Source of the DNA: Longimicrobiales bacterium
GTDB taxonomy: Bacteria > Gemmatimonadota > Gemmatimonadetes > Longimicrobiales > Gaopeijiaceae
Length of the DNA: 64,000 nucleotides
Reading direction: 5' to 3'
Assembly: GCA_965204735.1 (NCBI GenBank)
Contig: OZ242008.1
Span: 3,360,001-3,424,000, forward strand
Positions 9,934 to 21,400 of the stretch are shown here, one piece after another. Position 1 is the first letter of the stretch, and each line of letters opens with the position of its first letter. A model generated the notes under the pieces. The model had not been told where the DNA came from, made no database searches, and worked only from the letters and a program-made list of their open reading frames with translations. Made by a program: the position numbers and the translations under genes.

Positions 9934-10154
9934 CGGGACGGCTCTTCAGCAACCCCGTTTGATGGAGCTGGCGACGCCTTCGTCGATGTCGTCGTCACGG
10001 CGGTCGACACAGTCCTGTGGGTCAAGGACGTGCCGACCAAGCGAGGGAAAACAGCCCGACGGTATCGGACCCCGGGCGACAGGTGCCTGAAGTCCACCCC
10101 GCGCACCCAGCACACGGCCGGGCGCGCACACACTAAGAGCAAGGAGAGAGCATC

Positions 10155-11420
10155 ATGAACGTTTGGACCACCATCATCGACGCCACAGATGACGTTATGG
10201 CATTTGTGCTCGCCCTCAAAAGCTGGCGTCTAGGGATGCTCGTAGCCCTGGTGACCTTCGTCGCCGCATCTTTCCTCAGAGCGATGTTCCGGTTCGTCCG
10301 ATCCGTCGTCGCAGGTAGAGTTATGAGGGCGTTTTGGCCCGTCCCGTGGATAAGACAGAGCCGGGATCGACTGTCGACAGCCTATCGCACGAGATCGGGC
10401 GGATGGTGGCTTCTGAGAAGCCTAGTGCAGAAAACCAGTAGCTGGTATGGTTTATTGAAAAGCGGATGTAACAACCACAAAATGGGTTCGGTGTCGGCCC
10501 TAGGAGTCATGGCTTTTATTGCTGGTGGAGCTTTGCAGATTTCACCTAATCTGGTGTGGGCGATGAGCGGTGCAATCGTTGGAACTTTGCCGTCAAACAT
10601 CCCTTCCATCCTGTATAAGCGCATCCAACACCAGGATGGCCCACTAGGAGACACGGCCCGCCGGATTGTAGCATGGAGGACCTACTGGTTCGCTGATTGG
10701 CCGTACGTCATGACATGCGAAACATGCGGACGTAGCTATCCCAAGCGGAAGTGGAGTGCCACAGGTGGATGCGATTACTGCCAAAGGGGAACGTCAGCCG
10801 CACTAGAGTACGAATGTACGTTGCACAGCGGATTCGGCGACAAGTCGCCACACTACCCTCGCATTGGAGCTTTGCTGTGGCGTTGGGGCGTACGGCCACG
10901 TGTGAAGAAGAAGCGGCAACTTTGCCGCGACGAGATACTTCGGCAGCTCCTCTTGCTTGGGATAGTTGAAGACCACCCCGTCGACATCTTCAAACGACTG
11001 ACGCTTGCATTGGTGTTTGACGATGGTCGCGGCAGACTGCCATACCCGTGGATGAAGAATGGCCGCAGCGGGTTTCTGGTAGCTCGCATCGTTCGAGAAC
11101 ACATGGTCCAGATTGAGAATGGCGTCTACTGTGGTCGAACTATGCGTGGAGGCAAGGTGTTCGTGTTACCCAGAATCCACTTCAATCGTGAGGATAGGTT
11201 CAACGGCAACAAGGAGTTGCTTCGCTTCGAGGTGTGGACCGAAAGCGATCCGCAGCGCCACCAGTTGCCAGACGATGATGCATTCAGGCTCCTGGCCACG
11301 ATTGGGGAGGAAGAAGGAGGATGGCATCGGTATCCGGCTGACAAGGGGGATTCCGAGCCCCTTGGGCTTGACGGGGGCCCAGCCGGGGAGGAGATGTCGA
11401 GTTCGAGGAAGTGCAAGTAG
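10155..11420 (+). CDS. Hypothetical membrane protein with CxxC...CxxC zinc-ribbon motif
   Basis: 421-aa ORF with AAGGAG RBS, hydrophobic N-terminal segments, CETC and CDYC motifs; lower GC than the flanks. Confidence 0.65.
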   Translation: MNVWTTIIDATDDVMAFVLALKSWRLGMLVALVTFVAASFLRAMFRFVRSVVAGRVMRAFWPVPWIRQSRDRLSTAYRTRSGGWWLLRSLVQKTSSWYGLLKSGCNNHKMGSVSALGVMAFIAGGALQISPNLVWAMSGAIVGTLPSNIPSILYKRIQHQDGPLGDTARRIVAWRTYWFADWPYVMTCETCGRSYPKRKWSATGGCDYCQRGTSAALEYECTLHSGFGDKSPHYPRIGALLWRWGVRPRVKKKRQLCRDEILRQLLLLGIVEDHPVDIFKRLTLALVFDDGRGRLPYPWMKNGRSGFLVARIVREHMVQIENGVYCGRTMRGGKVFVLPRIHFNREDRFNGNKELLRFEVWTESDPQRHQLPDDDAFRLLATIGEEEGGWHRYPADKGDSEPLGLDGGPAGEEMSSSRKCK

Positions 11421-11430
11421 ATAGGTAGCT

Positions 11431-11451
11431 GATCGCGAAGGTATCGCGATC
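11431..11451. terminator. Hairpin just after the stop codon (possible terminator or operator)
   Basis: gatcgcga-aggta-tcgcgatc, an 8-bp perfect stem with no U-tract. Confidence 0.3.
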
Positions 11452-12101
11452 CGGGCAAGCTTGCGGAAGCGGCGCATCCCTGACTGACTGCTGTTGGTCA
11501 CGTAGTAGAGTTTGACGCGTGCGGCCTGCGCCTCCGGCGTGCGAAGCGGGCGGCGTACTCGGGATCCACGGCGCGGTTGCGCATGGTCGGCGGGATGTGG
11601 GTGAGGAGCCGGTGGTTGGGGTAGATGTGATTCACGAGGTCGTCTCCCGGAGAGCGGCGGCCACCGTCGCCTGCCACTGAGCTACGCGGACGAGCTTGGC
11701 GATGCGGCCCGTGGGAGCGGTCGAGTTGCGGAGGTGGACGGCGCGAGCGATGGTGTGGCGAGCCGTGGACCAGCCCCAACCGGCAACGGTTTACCGTCTC
11801 GACACTACGGATCTTCTGGATGATTGCCACGAACCGAGCCCCGGCTTCCCGTGTGGAGTCGACGTCGATGTGGTGACCGGCTGGCTCTCCGGTGCCATTG
11901 GGGGGCGAGCGGGCACCTTCGAAGATCGGAAGAGTCGGGAAAAGAGGCAGTGTGAAGCAATCTGGCCCTCCGCCTCGGAAGCGCAAGGGGGCGGCCGGGC
12001 GCGGTGTCCGTGGCGCACTCGCTGGTGTTGCCCGGTGGTCGCGAAACGGGTTATACTTGACGCTGTTCCAGTAATGCGCCACCACCTCCACCGTCCACAC
12101 C

Positions 12102-13727
12102 ATGACACAGCCCGCCCGAGCCCAGCCTCCAGCCTCCGCCGCCACGACCGGCTACGAGGCCGAGCTGTGGAAGATGGCCGACGCCCTGCGCGGCTCGATG
12201 GACGCCGCCGAGTATAAGCATGTCGTCCTCGGGCTGATCTTCCTTAAGTACGTCTCAGACGCCTTTGAGGAGAAGCACGCCGAGCTTACGACGGACGAAC
12301 ACGCCGACCCGGAAGATGTGGACTACTACCGGGCAGAGAACATCTTCTGGGTGCCCTCCGAGGCCCGGTGGGGGAGCTTGCAGGCCAGAGCGAAGCAACC
12401 GGGCATCGGACGGCTTGTGGACGACTCGATGGCCGCCGTCGAGCGCGACAACCCGCGACTGAAGGACGTGTTGCCGAAGGACTACGCCCGTCAATCCCTG
12501 GACCAGACGCGCCTTGGGCAGATCATCGACTTGGTGAGCAACATCAGGATCGGAGACGAGGATGCCCGCTCGAAAGACGTGCTCGGTAGGGTCTACGAGT
12601 ACTTTCTCTCCCGCTTCGCCGACGCCGAGGGCAAACGTGGCGGCGAATTCTACACGCCGCGTTGCATCGTCCGCCTGCTGGTCGAGATGATCGAGCCCTT
12701 CCAAGGCCGCGTGTACGACCCCTGCTGCGGCTCGTCGGGGATGTTCGTGCAGTCCGTCGAGTTCATCCGGGCGCACCAGCAGCCGAATGGCACCGGTGAT
12801 GCGGGCGACAGCGTTGCCGGCCCGCTGGCGAGTAGGGCGGACATCTCCATCTACGGCCAGGAATCCAACTACACGACGTGGCGGCTCGCCAAGATGAACC
12901 TCGCCATTCGGGGAATTGACGGCCAGGTCGCCTATGGGGACACCTTCCACAAAAATCGCCATCCCGACCTCAAGGCCGACTACATCCTTGCTAACCCGCC
13001 TTTCAACGTGAGCGATTGGGGAGCCGAACGGTTGAAGGAGGACCAGCGCTGGCAGTTCGGTACGCCTCCCAAGGGCAACGCCAACTTCGCTTGGGTCCAG
13101 CATATGGTGCACCACCTGTCGCCCAAGGGGGTGGCCGGCTTCGTTCTCGCGAACGGCTCAATGAGTTCTCGCCAAAAGGCTGAAGCGGCCATCCGCCAAG
13201 GCCTAGTGGACGCGGAGCTGGTAGACTGCATGGTCGCCTTGCCGGGTCATCTCTTCTACTCGACACAGATTCCCGCATGCCTGTGGTTCCTTTCACGGAA
13301 GCGCAGTGGCAACCACCAATACCGAGACCGTCGCGGCGAAATCCTCTTCATCGACGCTCGGCGGCTTGGGCGAATGGTAGACCGCACCCACCGCGAACTC
13401 ACCGACGAAGACGTTTCCCAGATCGCCGACACATACCACGCATGGTGTAGCGACAACGGCAAGCATGCAGACGCATACGAAGATGTTCCCGGCTTCTGCA
13501 AGAGCACTTTGTTGGATGATATCCGCCATTACGACTACATGCTTACGCCGGGCCGGTACGTAGGCGTCGAGCCCAGGGAAGAAGACGATGAGCCCTTCGA
13601 GGACAAGATGCGGCGCTTGGCGGCCGAATGGCGGGCGCAAGTGGTGGAGGCCCGGCGACTGGACGCCACCATCGAAGCCAACTTGACGACACTTGGATTT
13701 CCGCCCCCGACCGATGGCACCTCCTGA
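12102..13727 (+). CDS. hsdM: Type I restriction-modification methyltransferase subunit M
   Basis: '[32 protein letters not shown]', 'GEFYTP', motif I 'YDPCCGSSG', motif IV 'NPPFN'. Confidence 0.95.
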   Translation: MTQPARAQPPASAATTGYEAELWKMADALRGSMDAAEYKHVVLGLIFLKYVSDAFEEKHAELTTDEHADPEDVDYYRAENIFWVPSEARWGSLQARAKQPGIGRLVDDSMAAVERDNPRLKDVLPKDYARQSLDQTRLGQIIDLVSNIRIGDEDARSKDVLGRVYEYFLSRFADAEGKRGGEFYTPRCIVRLLVEMIEPFQGRVYDPCCGSSGMFVQSVEFIRAHQQPNGTGDAGDSVAGPLASRADISIYGQESNYTTWRLAKMNLAIRGIDGQVAYGDTFHKNRHPDLKADYILANPPFNVSDWGAERLKEDQRWQFGTPPKGNANFAWVQHMVHHLSPKGVAGFVLANGSMSSRQKAEAAIRQGLVDAELVDCMVALPGHLFYSTQIPACLWFLSRKRSGNHQYRDRRGEILFIDARRLGRMVDRTHRELTDEDVSQIADTYHAWCSDNGKHADAYEDVPGFCKSTLLDDIRHYDYMLTPGRYVGVEPREEDDEPFEDKMRRLAAEWRAQVVEARRLDATIEANLTTLGFPPPTDGTS

Positions 13728-14155
13728 TGATCAGCTACGATAAATTCCAATTTTCCCTGGCGCGGCTCCAGGAGCAACATTCGAACTACGTCCGCCTCGG
13801 TCCCTCCGTGCCGGAAGCCACTCGTGACGCGTACGCAGAATCAGTGATCCAGCGGTTCGAGACCTGCTACGACTGCATGTGGAAGGTGTTGAAGCGGTAT
13901 CTGACCGATTCGCTCGGCATCCCGGACGTTCCCAACAGCCCCAAGCCGATCCTCCGTCGCGCGTTCGAGAATGACCTGCTGGACGGTCCGATGAAGCGTT
14001 GGCTAGATTACGCCCGGCATCGTGTGGGCACATCCCACGACTACAGTCTCACCAAGGCCGAAGACTGCTTGGCGATCGTCGGTAGCTTCATCGCCGACGC
14101 TGTCGCTCTTCACGAGACCCTGACCGGACACCCATGGGACCGAACAGCAACATAG
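13727..14155 (+). CDS. HEPN-domain toxin (HI0074 / nucleotidyltransferase substrate-binding family)
   Basis: ATG overlaps the hsdM stop (TGATG); 'SVIQRFETCYDCMWKVLKRYL'; RX4HXY motif RVGTSHDY. Confidence 0.85.
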   Translation: MISYDKFQFSLARLQEQHSNYVRLGPSVPEATRDAYAESVIQRFETCYDCMWKVLKRYLTDSLGIPDVPNSPKPILRRAFENDLLDGPMKRWLDYARHRVGTSHDYSLTKAEDCLAIVGSFIADAVALHETLTGHPWDRTAT

Positions 14156-15567
14156 ACCTGACTGGCGATCAACGCCGGCTAGTGGTAGAGCTCATCAAAC
14201 GCCATCTGCCGTACACCGACGTGTGGGCCTATGGATCCCGGGTGACATGGACCTCACGACCGCAATCCGACTTGGATCTCGTGGTGTTCTGCGGCCCTGA
14301 GCAGACCGGTCAAGTCTCTGATCTGCGAGAGGCCTTTGAGGAGAGTGACCTTCCCTTCCAGGTGGACATGTTGGTTTGGGACGACCTACCGGAATCGTTT
14401 CAGAAAGAAATTGACGGGAACCACTGTCCTGTAGTCGAGATTCGTACACCCGATGGTACAGCTGAGATGCGATTCGGCGACTGTGCGACACTGATACGTG
14501 ATCACGTCGATCCTTCGGATGTTCCCGACGATACCCCATATGTTGGGCTAAGCCACATACCTAAGAATCAGCTTTTGGTACCCAACCACGGTGTAGCTGG
14601 CGATGTGACTAGCGTGAAGAGTCGCTTCAGGCGAGATGACATATTGTTCGGGGGTTTGCGACCATACTTCCGAAAGGTGGCACTAGCCCGATATGACGGA
14701 ATTTGCTCAACGGATATCTGGGTCGTCCGTGCACAAAATGGACTAGATCACCAATTCCTGTTCTACCAAATGGCTACACAGCACTTTGCCGACTATGCGT
14801 CCCAGGGCTCGGAAGGTACCAAGATGCCGCGGGCAAAATGGGACCACGTGTCTGAGTACCGTCTTAACATCCCGTGTCTTGATGATCAACGACGCGTTGC
14901 GAGGATCCTCGGTGAAATAGACGACAAGATACAACTAAATCACAAAATGGCCCTCACGCTTGAACAGATGGTAGATGCTGTGTATAGTGAGTGGATTGGT
15001 TCGGTTGGGAAACGTCCTTGGTTGCCGAACGGATGGAAAACTACTACAATCGGTCATTGCTACGCAATAACAATGGGCCAATCGCCTTCCGGTTATACAT
15101 ATAACACACAAGGTGAAGGTCATCCATTCTTGCAAGGAAGTGCTGAATTTGATTTTCGCTTCCCGAGATTCCGAAGATGCTGTACGTACCCTCTTCGCGT
15201 GGCACCAAGGGATCATACTCTATTGAGTGTCCGTGCACCCGTAGGCGACGTAAACATGGCGTCAACGGAGAGTTGTATAGGCAGGGGCGTTGCGGGCGTA
15301 GTCCACAAATCTGGCGCAACATCATACACCTACCATCGTTTTCGGGCCTTGCAGGCCACACTCCGGCGGTATGGCGAGGGAACTGTTTTTGGTGCCATTA
15401 CGAAGAGGCAACTCGCGAATCTACCTATCGTAGAGCCGCCACGCCAGACTATTGACATGTTCGAGTCACTGGCTAGGCCAATGGACGACCTCGTTAGATC
15501 CTATACTAGCGAGTTACGGCTTTTAGAAATCGTTCGAGATCAACTGCTTTCACGGCTACTGGTATAG
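14134..15567 (+). CDS. hsdS: Minimal nucleotidyltransferase (MNT antitoxin) fused to type I RM specificity subunit S
   Basis: The first ~100 aa carry 'VWAYGSRVTWTSRPQSDLDL' (GSX10DXD). They are followed by TRD1 ('DDILFGGLRPYFRK', 'GICSTDI'), a conserved helix 'QRRVARILGEIDDKIQLN', TRD2 ('MGQSP', 'SVRAPVG', 'CIGRG') and terminal 'RDQLLSRLL'. Confidence 0.9.
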   Translation: MGPNSNIDLTGDQRRLVVELIKRHLPYTDVWAYGSRVTWTSRPQSDLDLVVFCGPEQTGQVSDLREAFEESDLPFQVDMLVWDDLPESFQKEIDGNHCPVVEIRTPDGTAEMRFGDCATLIRDHVDPSDVPDDTPYVGLSHIPKNQLLVPNHGVAGDVTSVKSRFRRDDILFGGLRPYFRKVALARYDGICSTDIWVVRAQNGLDHQFLFYQMATQHFADYASQGSEGTKMPRAKWDHVSEYRLNIPCLDDQRRVARILGEIDDKIQLNHKMALTLEQMVDAVYSEWIGSVGKRPWLPNGWKTTTIGHCYAITMGQSPSGYTYNTQGEGHPFLQGSAEFDFRFPRFRRCCTYPLRVAPRDHTLLSVRAPVGDVNMASTESCIGRGVAGVVHKSGATSYTYHRFRALQATLRRYGEGTVFGAITKRQLANLPIVEPPRQTIDMFESLARPMDDLVRSYTSELRLLEIVRDQLLSRLLV

Positions 15568-15648
15568 CCGAGCCGAAACTGGGATCTTGAGCTTGATTCG
15601 CCTTGGAAGTGAGGACTGGGAATCCGACCGAGTCATCGGGAATGCAAG

Positions 15649-17199
15649 ATGATGGCTAGAAAGGCGAACGGCCGAGCGAACGGCGAGCCTACGACGGCGA
15701 CCTTCAAGGAGATTACTCAGCTAACTCATGAAGAAGCGCTCGAATATTTCTTGAAGTCTACCAGCTACTGCACCCTAAACCTCCCTCCATACATTACTTT
15801 TGATCGACTACTGAGCGACATCAGCCGACTTATCGGGTCAAAGCGATTGAGTGATTTCGGATCAGGTGCCAACGATCACACCACCAGTCATACCATTTAT
15901 GTAGGCAGAGATGGCAGGTACACATGGCGTCCGCTTGAGCTCGTGCACCCAGCCTTGTATGTATACCTCGTGCACTTAGTGACAAGCAAGAACAACTGGA
16001 AAACGTTGTGCGACCACTTGAACACGACTCTAACGTGTGGCTTGACTAGTCTAGGCGTGCCGGTAGTGTCGCTTTCTGATCAAAAGGATCAAGCAGAGAT
16101 GGTTGGGCGGTGGCTTACAGAAGTCGAAAAGCGGTCACTTGAGCTATCGCTTGACTATCGTCATATAGTTAATGTGGACATATCAGATTGCTACGGATCA
16201 ATCTATACACATTCCATTCCGTGGGCGTTACACGGTTACAGAACCGCCAGGAGGGGGAGAAGAGATCGGGCACTGGTGGGCAACGAAATTGATCGCGTCA
16301 TTCGATCAATGCGTGAAGGTCAGACAAATGGCATCCCTCAGGGACCAGTACTAATGGATTTTATCGCTGAGATTGTTCTCACGCGTGCTGACGTGAAGCT
16401 TTGTGAGTGTATATTCGACATGGCGAAGGATCGCTATACGATACTTCGGTATCGAGACGACTACCGTATCTTTGTGAACAATGCATCAGATGGTAGTCAG
16501 ATTGTCAAATGTCTAACCGAAATTTTGCGTGATCTTGGCATGAAACTAAATCCATCCAAGACGGTGAGTAGCGACGAAGTAATTCGGAAGTCGATTAAGG
16601 ATGATAAACTAGCCTGGATCACACGAGCAAAGGGAGCCAGGACATTTCAACAGCATCTGTTAATCATTCACGATCACGCTAGGGAGTATCCGCACTCGGG
16701 AAGTTTGAGTAAGGCGCTGATGGAGTGTTTCAAGGAACTGAAGAAGGCATCCGCAAAATCGCTACAGCAGCGGGGGGATGAACCAATGCCCTTGATTGGT
16801 ATTACTGTGGACATAGCCTATCATAACCCACGAACATATCCAGTGTGCACGGCGATCATTAGCAAACTATTGTCGCTGCTGGAGAATGAGAATGAGGTGC
16901 AGAGAGTTGTCGAAAGGATATTGAAGAAGTTCGATCAGATTCCGAATACGGGTCATATGGAGATGTGGCTGCAACGGATTGCTATACGGTCGGCGCCGAA
17001 TATAGAGTATTCCGAGCCGATTTGTCGGGTGATAGCGGGTGACACGACCGTGAGAATGTGGAGTAGTCAGTGGATTAACTCGAACAGGCTGAAGAGGATG
17101 TTACTTCCAGCGAGAATTGTTGACCAAGAAGAGCTATCAGCGTTACCGGGAGTGGTATCGCCCAATGAAGTAGCCCTGTTTAGAGGCTATGGCGGATAG
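15649..17199 (+). CDS. Defence-associated reverse transcriptase, Abi/UG class (AbiP2-like, YRDD) with helical C-terminal domain
   Basis: RT motifs 'WRPLELVHP', 'DISDCYGSIYTHSIPWALHG', 'GIPQGPVLMDFIAEI', 'RYRDDY', 'GMKLNPSKT'. There is no group II intron X/En domain and no retron VTG motif; the gene is low-GC. Confidence 0.85.
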   Translation: MMARKANGRANGEPTTATFKEITQLTHEEALEYFLKSTSYCTLNLPPYITFDRLLSDISRLIGSKRLSDFGSGANDHTTSHTIYVGRDGRYTWRPLELVHPALYVYLVHLVTSKNNWKTLCDHLNTTLTCGLTSLGVPVVSLSDQKDQAEMVGRWLTEVEKRSLELSLDYRHIVNVDISDCYGSIYTHSIPWALHGYRTARRGRRDRALVGNEIDRVIRSMREGQTNGIPQGPVLMDFIAEIVLTRADVKLCECIFDMAKDRYTILRYRDDYRIFVNNASDGSQIVKCLTEILRDLGMKLNPSKTVSSDEVIRKSIKDDKLAWITRAKGARTFQQHLLIIHDHAREYPHSGSLSKALMECFKELKKASAKSLQQRGDEPMPLIGITVDIAYHNPRTYPVCTAIISKLLSLLENENEVQRVVERILKKFDQIPNTGHMEMWLQRIAIRSAPNIEYSEPICRVIAGDTTVRMWSSQWINSNRLKRMLLPARIVDQEELSALPGVVSPNEVALFRGYGG

Positions 17200-17356
17200 C
17201 CTCGTGCAAGCCGGGGCTGGTACAACTGTCTGAGTCCGACCATCGAGCTTGCCGTCGGCTTGGGAAGGAACGTTCGGCGTTACGGGCAGCCGTGGCCGGT
17301 GATCGTGGAACGAGGTCCAACTACAACAGGGTCTTCCCCAACGAGGTGAAGTGCTG

Positions 17357-17680
17357 ATGGCGGGCCGGCACGTGAACGATGGCCAGGCGAGGCAGTACAC
17401 AAGGCACCGGGAGGACGGGTTGCCGTCCAAACGGCGACGGCAGGGCAGGGTTCAACAGGGCAACGGGTTTACAGGTTGGAGGCGGACCCTCGCCTACCGT
17501 CGGAGAAGTCCAGGGCACCCACCCAACCAGGTGGGAACTCGGCGGTCGGCGGGGGACCGCCGGGCTGCTCGTCCTCGCGGAAGCCGCACGGCAGCGGGCG
17601 GGCGGACCCGCTGGGCGGTTCGAGCGCGTGGCGGTGCCGCCGCTTAAGCGCAACCCGGAGCTGCAGGCGGTGGCGTACGC
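17357..17680 (+). mobile_element. istA: IS21-family transposase (IstA) N-terminal relic, frameshifted
   Basis: Pieces across frames (MAGRHVNDGQARQY / AGFNRATG / EADPRLPSEK / RADPLG / FERVAVPPLKRNPELQAVA) follow the order of the IS21 IstA N-terminus (MPGRH..D.Q...AGFS.AT.YR.E.DPRLPS.K...PDPL..IF...VVP.L). Confidence 0.55.
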
Positions 17681-17810
17681 CCCCGCCTCCGTGGAATCTA
17701 CTTCACTTCGTTGGACTAAGCGGTTCGCGTTCTCTGGTCGGTAAGGGGCCACTCGAGGCTCGCGGTGTGTCGCTTGGAAGGATGTGGATGTCGAAGTCCG
17801 CCGGGGGAAG

Positions 17811-18360
17811 GTGGAGGCCAGTTCGGCACGCTCACCCCGGCGGCTGGGAGTGGTTCAAGCGGTGGCGCACCGTCGCCGGGGACAGGGCCGCGGCGGGCGC
17901 AATCGGTTCGCCCGTGACGCCCGCGCCGGCGAGGCATGTTCGTGGCCCAGGTCGTCGGGCAGTCCATGGAGCAGCAGGTCCCCGGCAGCGCATGGTGCCT
18001 CTTCGCCGTGCCGGTCGAGGGCACGCGCCAGGGCACGGCCCCGGAAGGCAGCGCTGCCGACAGCGGGCGTCGCGCCCGCGTCACGCTGAGGCCGCGCAAC
18101 CCCCGGTTCCGGCCAATCGTCCTCTCGCCCGAGCACGAGGGGCAGGTCCGGGTCGTCGCCGAGCTGGTGGAGGTGCTGGACCGCCGCGCCCTGAACACCG
18201 GTCCCAGCCGCCGGCCCCCGGCGACCGCCGCGTCTGCGTGGTGTGGCACACGCGGGCTCCGGCAAGAGCCTGACGAAGGCGTTCTACGCGGGGCGGATCG
18301 TCCGCGAGCCAGCCATGAGGAACACGACGCTGGTCGTCCTCACCAACCGCAACGACGTGA
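17811..18360 (+). pseudogene. hsdR: Decayed, internally deleted copy of the hsdR at 24040-27681
   Basis: Near-identical pieces matching about 24634-24706, 25011-25031, 25075-25204 and 25288-25612 are joined with deletions and frameshifts. Confidence 0.85.
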
Positions 18361-18460
18361 GCGGATCGACGACTAGCCTAGCACTTTGGGCGTGGGGGCG
18401 GAGCAGACCTGCCTCCGAAAGGCAGCCCGGTACCATGCCACGCCAGTTGGGACGCCGCTA

Positions 18461-21400
18461 CTACGCCCCCCGCTCCCCAGGTCCACACACATCCACCACC
18501 ACGACCTTGACCTTGCGCCTCTGATCGGGCGCAAGCTCCCCCGTGAGGCGCTCTCGCAGTTCTTCGGGCGTCTTCGGACGACGGCCCGAGGGGGGCACGG
18601 TCTTGGTGTGCCGTGGGCCGAACCAGAGCACGAGGTAGACGCCGTGCCCATTCGACTCCGGCGCACGCACGTACTGGTCGATCAGCTGGTCGTTGATCGC
18701 ACTCCACAGTCGCGGGTGGGTGTTCTTCTTGATCTCCACTGGGACGGCGTGTCCGCCGCAGGACACCCGAATGTCCGACCGCTTGCCCTCGGCGTACTGG
18801 GCCTCGGGCTGGGCGTCGACGACGTTGACGCCGGTGGGGAAGCGATTCCGCAGGGCCGACAGGAGAGCGTCTCGGCAAACGGGCTCGGGGCGCGGCTCCG
18901 TCGGGCGGCCGTGGCTGTCTACGTTCCAGTAGTGTCGCCAGCCGTTGGTGTTGCCATCTCGAATCTCCGTGGCAAGCTGCTCCAGGCGGGCAACGAGCAA
19001 GGCGAGCAGGTCGGCGGAGCTCGCGGGCTGGCCGTCCTGCAACACCTTCCGCACCTCGTCGGCAGTGGGAATCTGGTGAAGGTGGGCGCGGCGAAGCACG
19101 ACCTGCTGGTCGCGTGCTTCGAGGATGTCGTGTCGCCACGCGGCCAGCTCGGGCGCATCCGCAAGGGACTCCAGTGCATCGGCGGCCTCCGCTCCCGGCT
19201 TCTTTGCCAGCCGGTCCAACCAGGCCGAGAGCAGGTGCCGAGCCTTGTCGGCCGCCTCGTCGGCAGGCGTCATGAGATACGCCATCCCTTCGTTGCCACC
19301 TGGAAAACGCCAGGGCTCGACCCTCGCGCCGACGCCCCGCACCACCATCGCCAGCTGCTCCGTGCTCCACTCCATCAAGAACAACGGCTGGCCGTCGGGG
19401 ACGACGAAGCCCATCAAGTGCTGCACGCGAACGGTCGCTCCCCCGCCGATGAACTCCATCGCCGCCGCCAAGTAGAGATCGGGCGACACCAGCATCCCGG
19501 CGCCCAGCCACAGCGTCCGCTGGGCCACGTCCATGCCCGAACGCGCGAGCTTCGCCACCACCGCTGACGCAAGGCTGTCGGGCATGTACCGCACCGATGC
19601 CCAAAGCAGGTGACGAAGGGCCAAGATCTGCGGTCGAGTGCACCGAAGGGGAAAGGCGCGAAGCAGCGACGGCACCGCCAGCTGCGCCAGCTCCCGATAC
19701 TTGGGGTCCCAGGCTACGGGAGCCAGGTGCTCCTCGCACTGCACCTTGCGCCTGATCTTGGATCGGTGAACGGCCACCAGGCTTGCCGCAACCAGTTCGG
19801 CGTGGGACCGAACCAGCTCATCGTACCAATCGGGGACCTCCGCTGGGCGGTACCACCCCGGGCGCGTTAGGTAGTAGAAGCCTACCGCTCTCTTGATTCC
19901 GTCTGCCGTCAACCTCCGATGACCGCCGCACCCGCTCCGGTCCCCCTCGGCCAGCCCGGCCAATACGGGTAAGGCGAGACGCGAATACTTCCCCTCACTG
20001 TCCAGTCGAACGATCTCGTCGAGATTCGGAAGATCGTCGCGTTCCAGCACCCGCTCGAACCCGGAGAGCGTTGCGGACACCAAGCTTTCGTCAGAATCCA
20101 GCATGTTGCGCAACGAGTCGATGGGGTCGGAGTCGAACCCGAAGTACGTTCTGGCAAGCCGGCCCAGAAGGGCCGGCGTGCATGAGCCCGCCGCCAAGTC
20201 GCTCGCCTGCTCTCGCACATGCGCGACGAACCGTTGTTCTTCCCGGCGGCGACGCCCTCTCGCGACAGCTGCCTCTTGCTTCCACTCTGCCATAGTCGCC
20301 TCGGCTTGGTCGACCTCCGATTCCACGGTTTCTGCAAAGCTCGCCAGGCGATCGCGAAGCTCCGGCAGATCTTGAAGTCTGGCGTCCGCGCTAGCGACCC
20401 ACCGATCGAAGTGCGGCTCGGCGCGACGAAGGGGAACCGCCCACTCCAGCAGGAGTCGCGCCGCCGGAGCGTGGGAACTTGCCAACTCAACGGCGTGATC
20501 AAGACACCACTCGGCGAAGCGGGGAGGAAGAGAATCGTCAAAGAGCCCGCGACGGTACCGCCAAGCGTCGAGGTTCAGGTTTTCTCTTTGGGTGTTTCTC
20601 TTGAGGAACTCCAGCAGGCAGGCCTTGCAGATCGCCGGGTGCGCTGCAAGCCACGATCGAAGACGCTGGAACTCAGGCGTGTCCCGTCCTCCGAAATCCG
20701 ACGGCCTAGCCCACGTCGGGAACTCGATCCACTCCGACAGTTGCGACACAGGAGTCGTCTCTCCGTGCGCGGTCAGTACCCGCACCAGCAGGCGGTGCGC
20801 AAGGTTGTCGAGCTGGTCCTCGCGCAGCACTGCAAGCAGCTGGGCTTTGCTGCGGATCAAGCCATCCCAAAGGGCGGGCAGATCAGCGTTGCGCGTACGT
20901 CGCTCGATTTCCTTGGACCAGAACAGCACGTCATGAGCGATCAGCCTGCGGTTGGTCGTCTTGGGCACGTAGTTCCAAATCCGCGCTGGCGGAACACGAT
21001 CAGGATACCACGCGGTCAGCACTCTGCCCCGGAGTTCGTTGTCGGGATCATGAACCCGATCGTCCTTTATCTCCTCAAGCAGCTCGTGGACGAGTTCGTC
21101 GCCCTGGCCGGCGTTCTCCACGGCATGGAGAACGGCCGCAAGCCCAGCATATCTGACGCGCGGCTGCCAAGTAGGATCCCGCACCAGGCGCAGCAGTTGT
21201 CCGATGAACCACCGAGACGTCGCCGGGAAGCGCTCCGGTCCTGCCCTCGACGTCAAGGCAGCATGTGGAACGCCGCGCAGAAGCAGGTGTGCGACCGCCT
21301 GCCTGGCGTCGCTGCGGTCGTCGTCTGCGATGTAGGCGCAAAGCATCTCGATCGTGCTTCGCCGGATCATGGAGCCGAGCGCCGGTGCCGACCACGCCCG

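Noticed and set aside
11498..12100. ORFs between the membrane protein gene and hsdM
   Set aside because: No recognisable motifs or RBS; possibly gene debris, but I cannot support a call.
15568..15648. Retron msr-msd ncRNA upstream of the RT
   Set aside because: Only 81 bp, no long inverted repeats, and the RT lacks retron NAxxH/VTG motifs.
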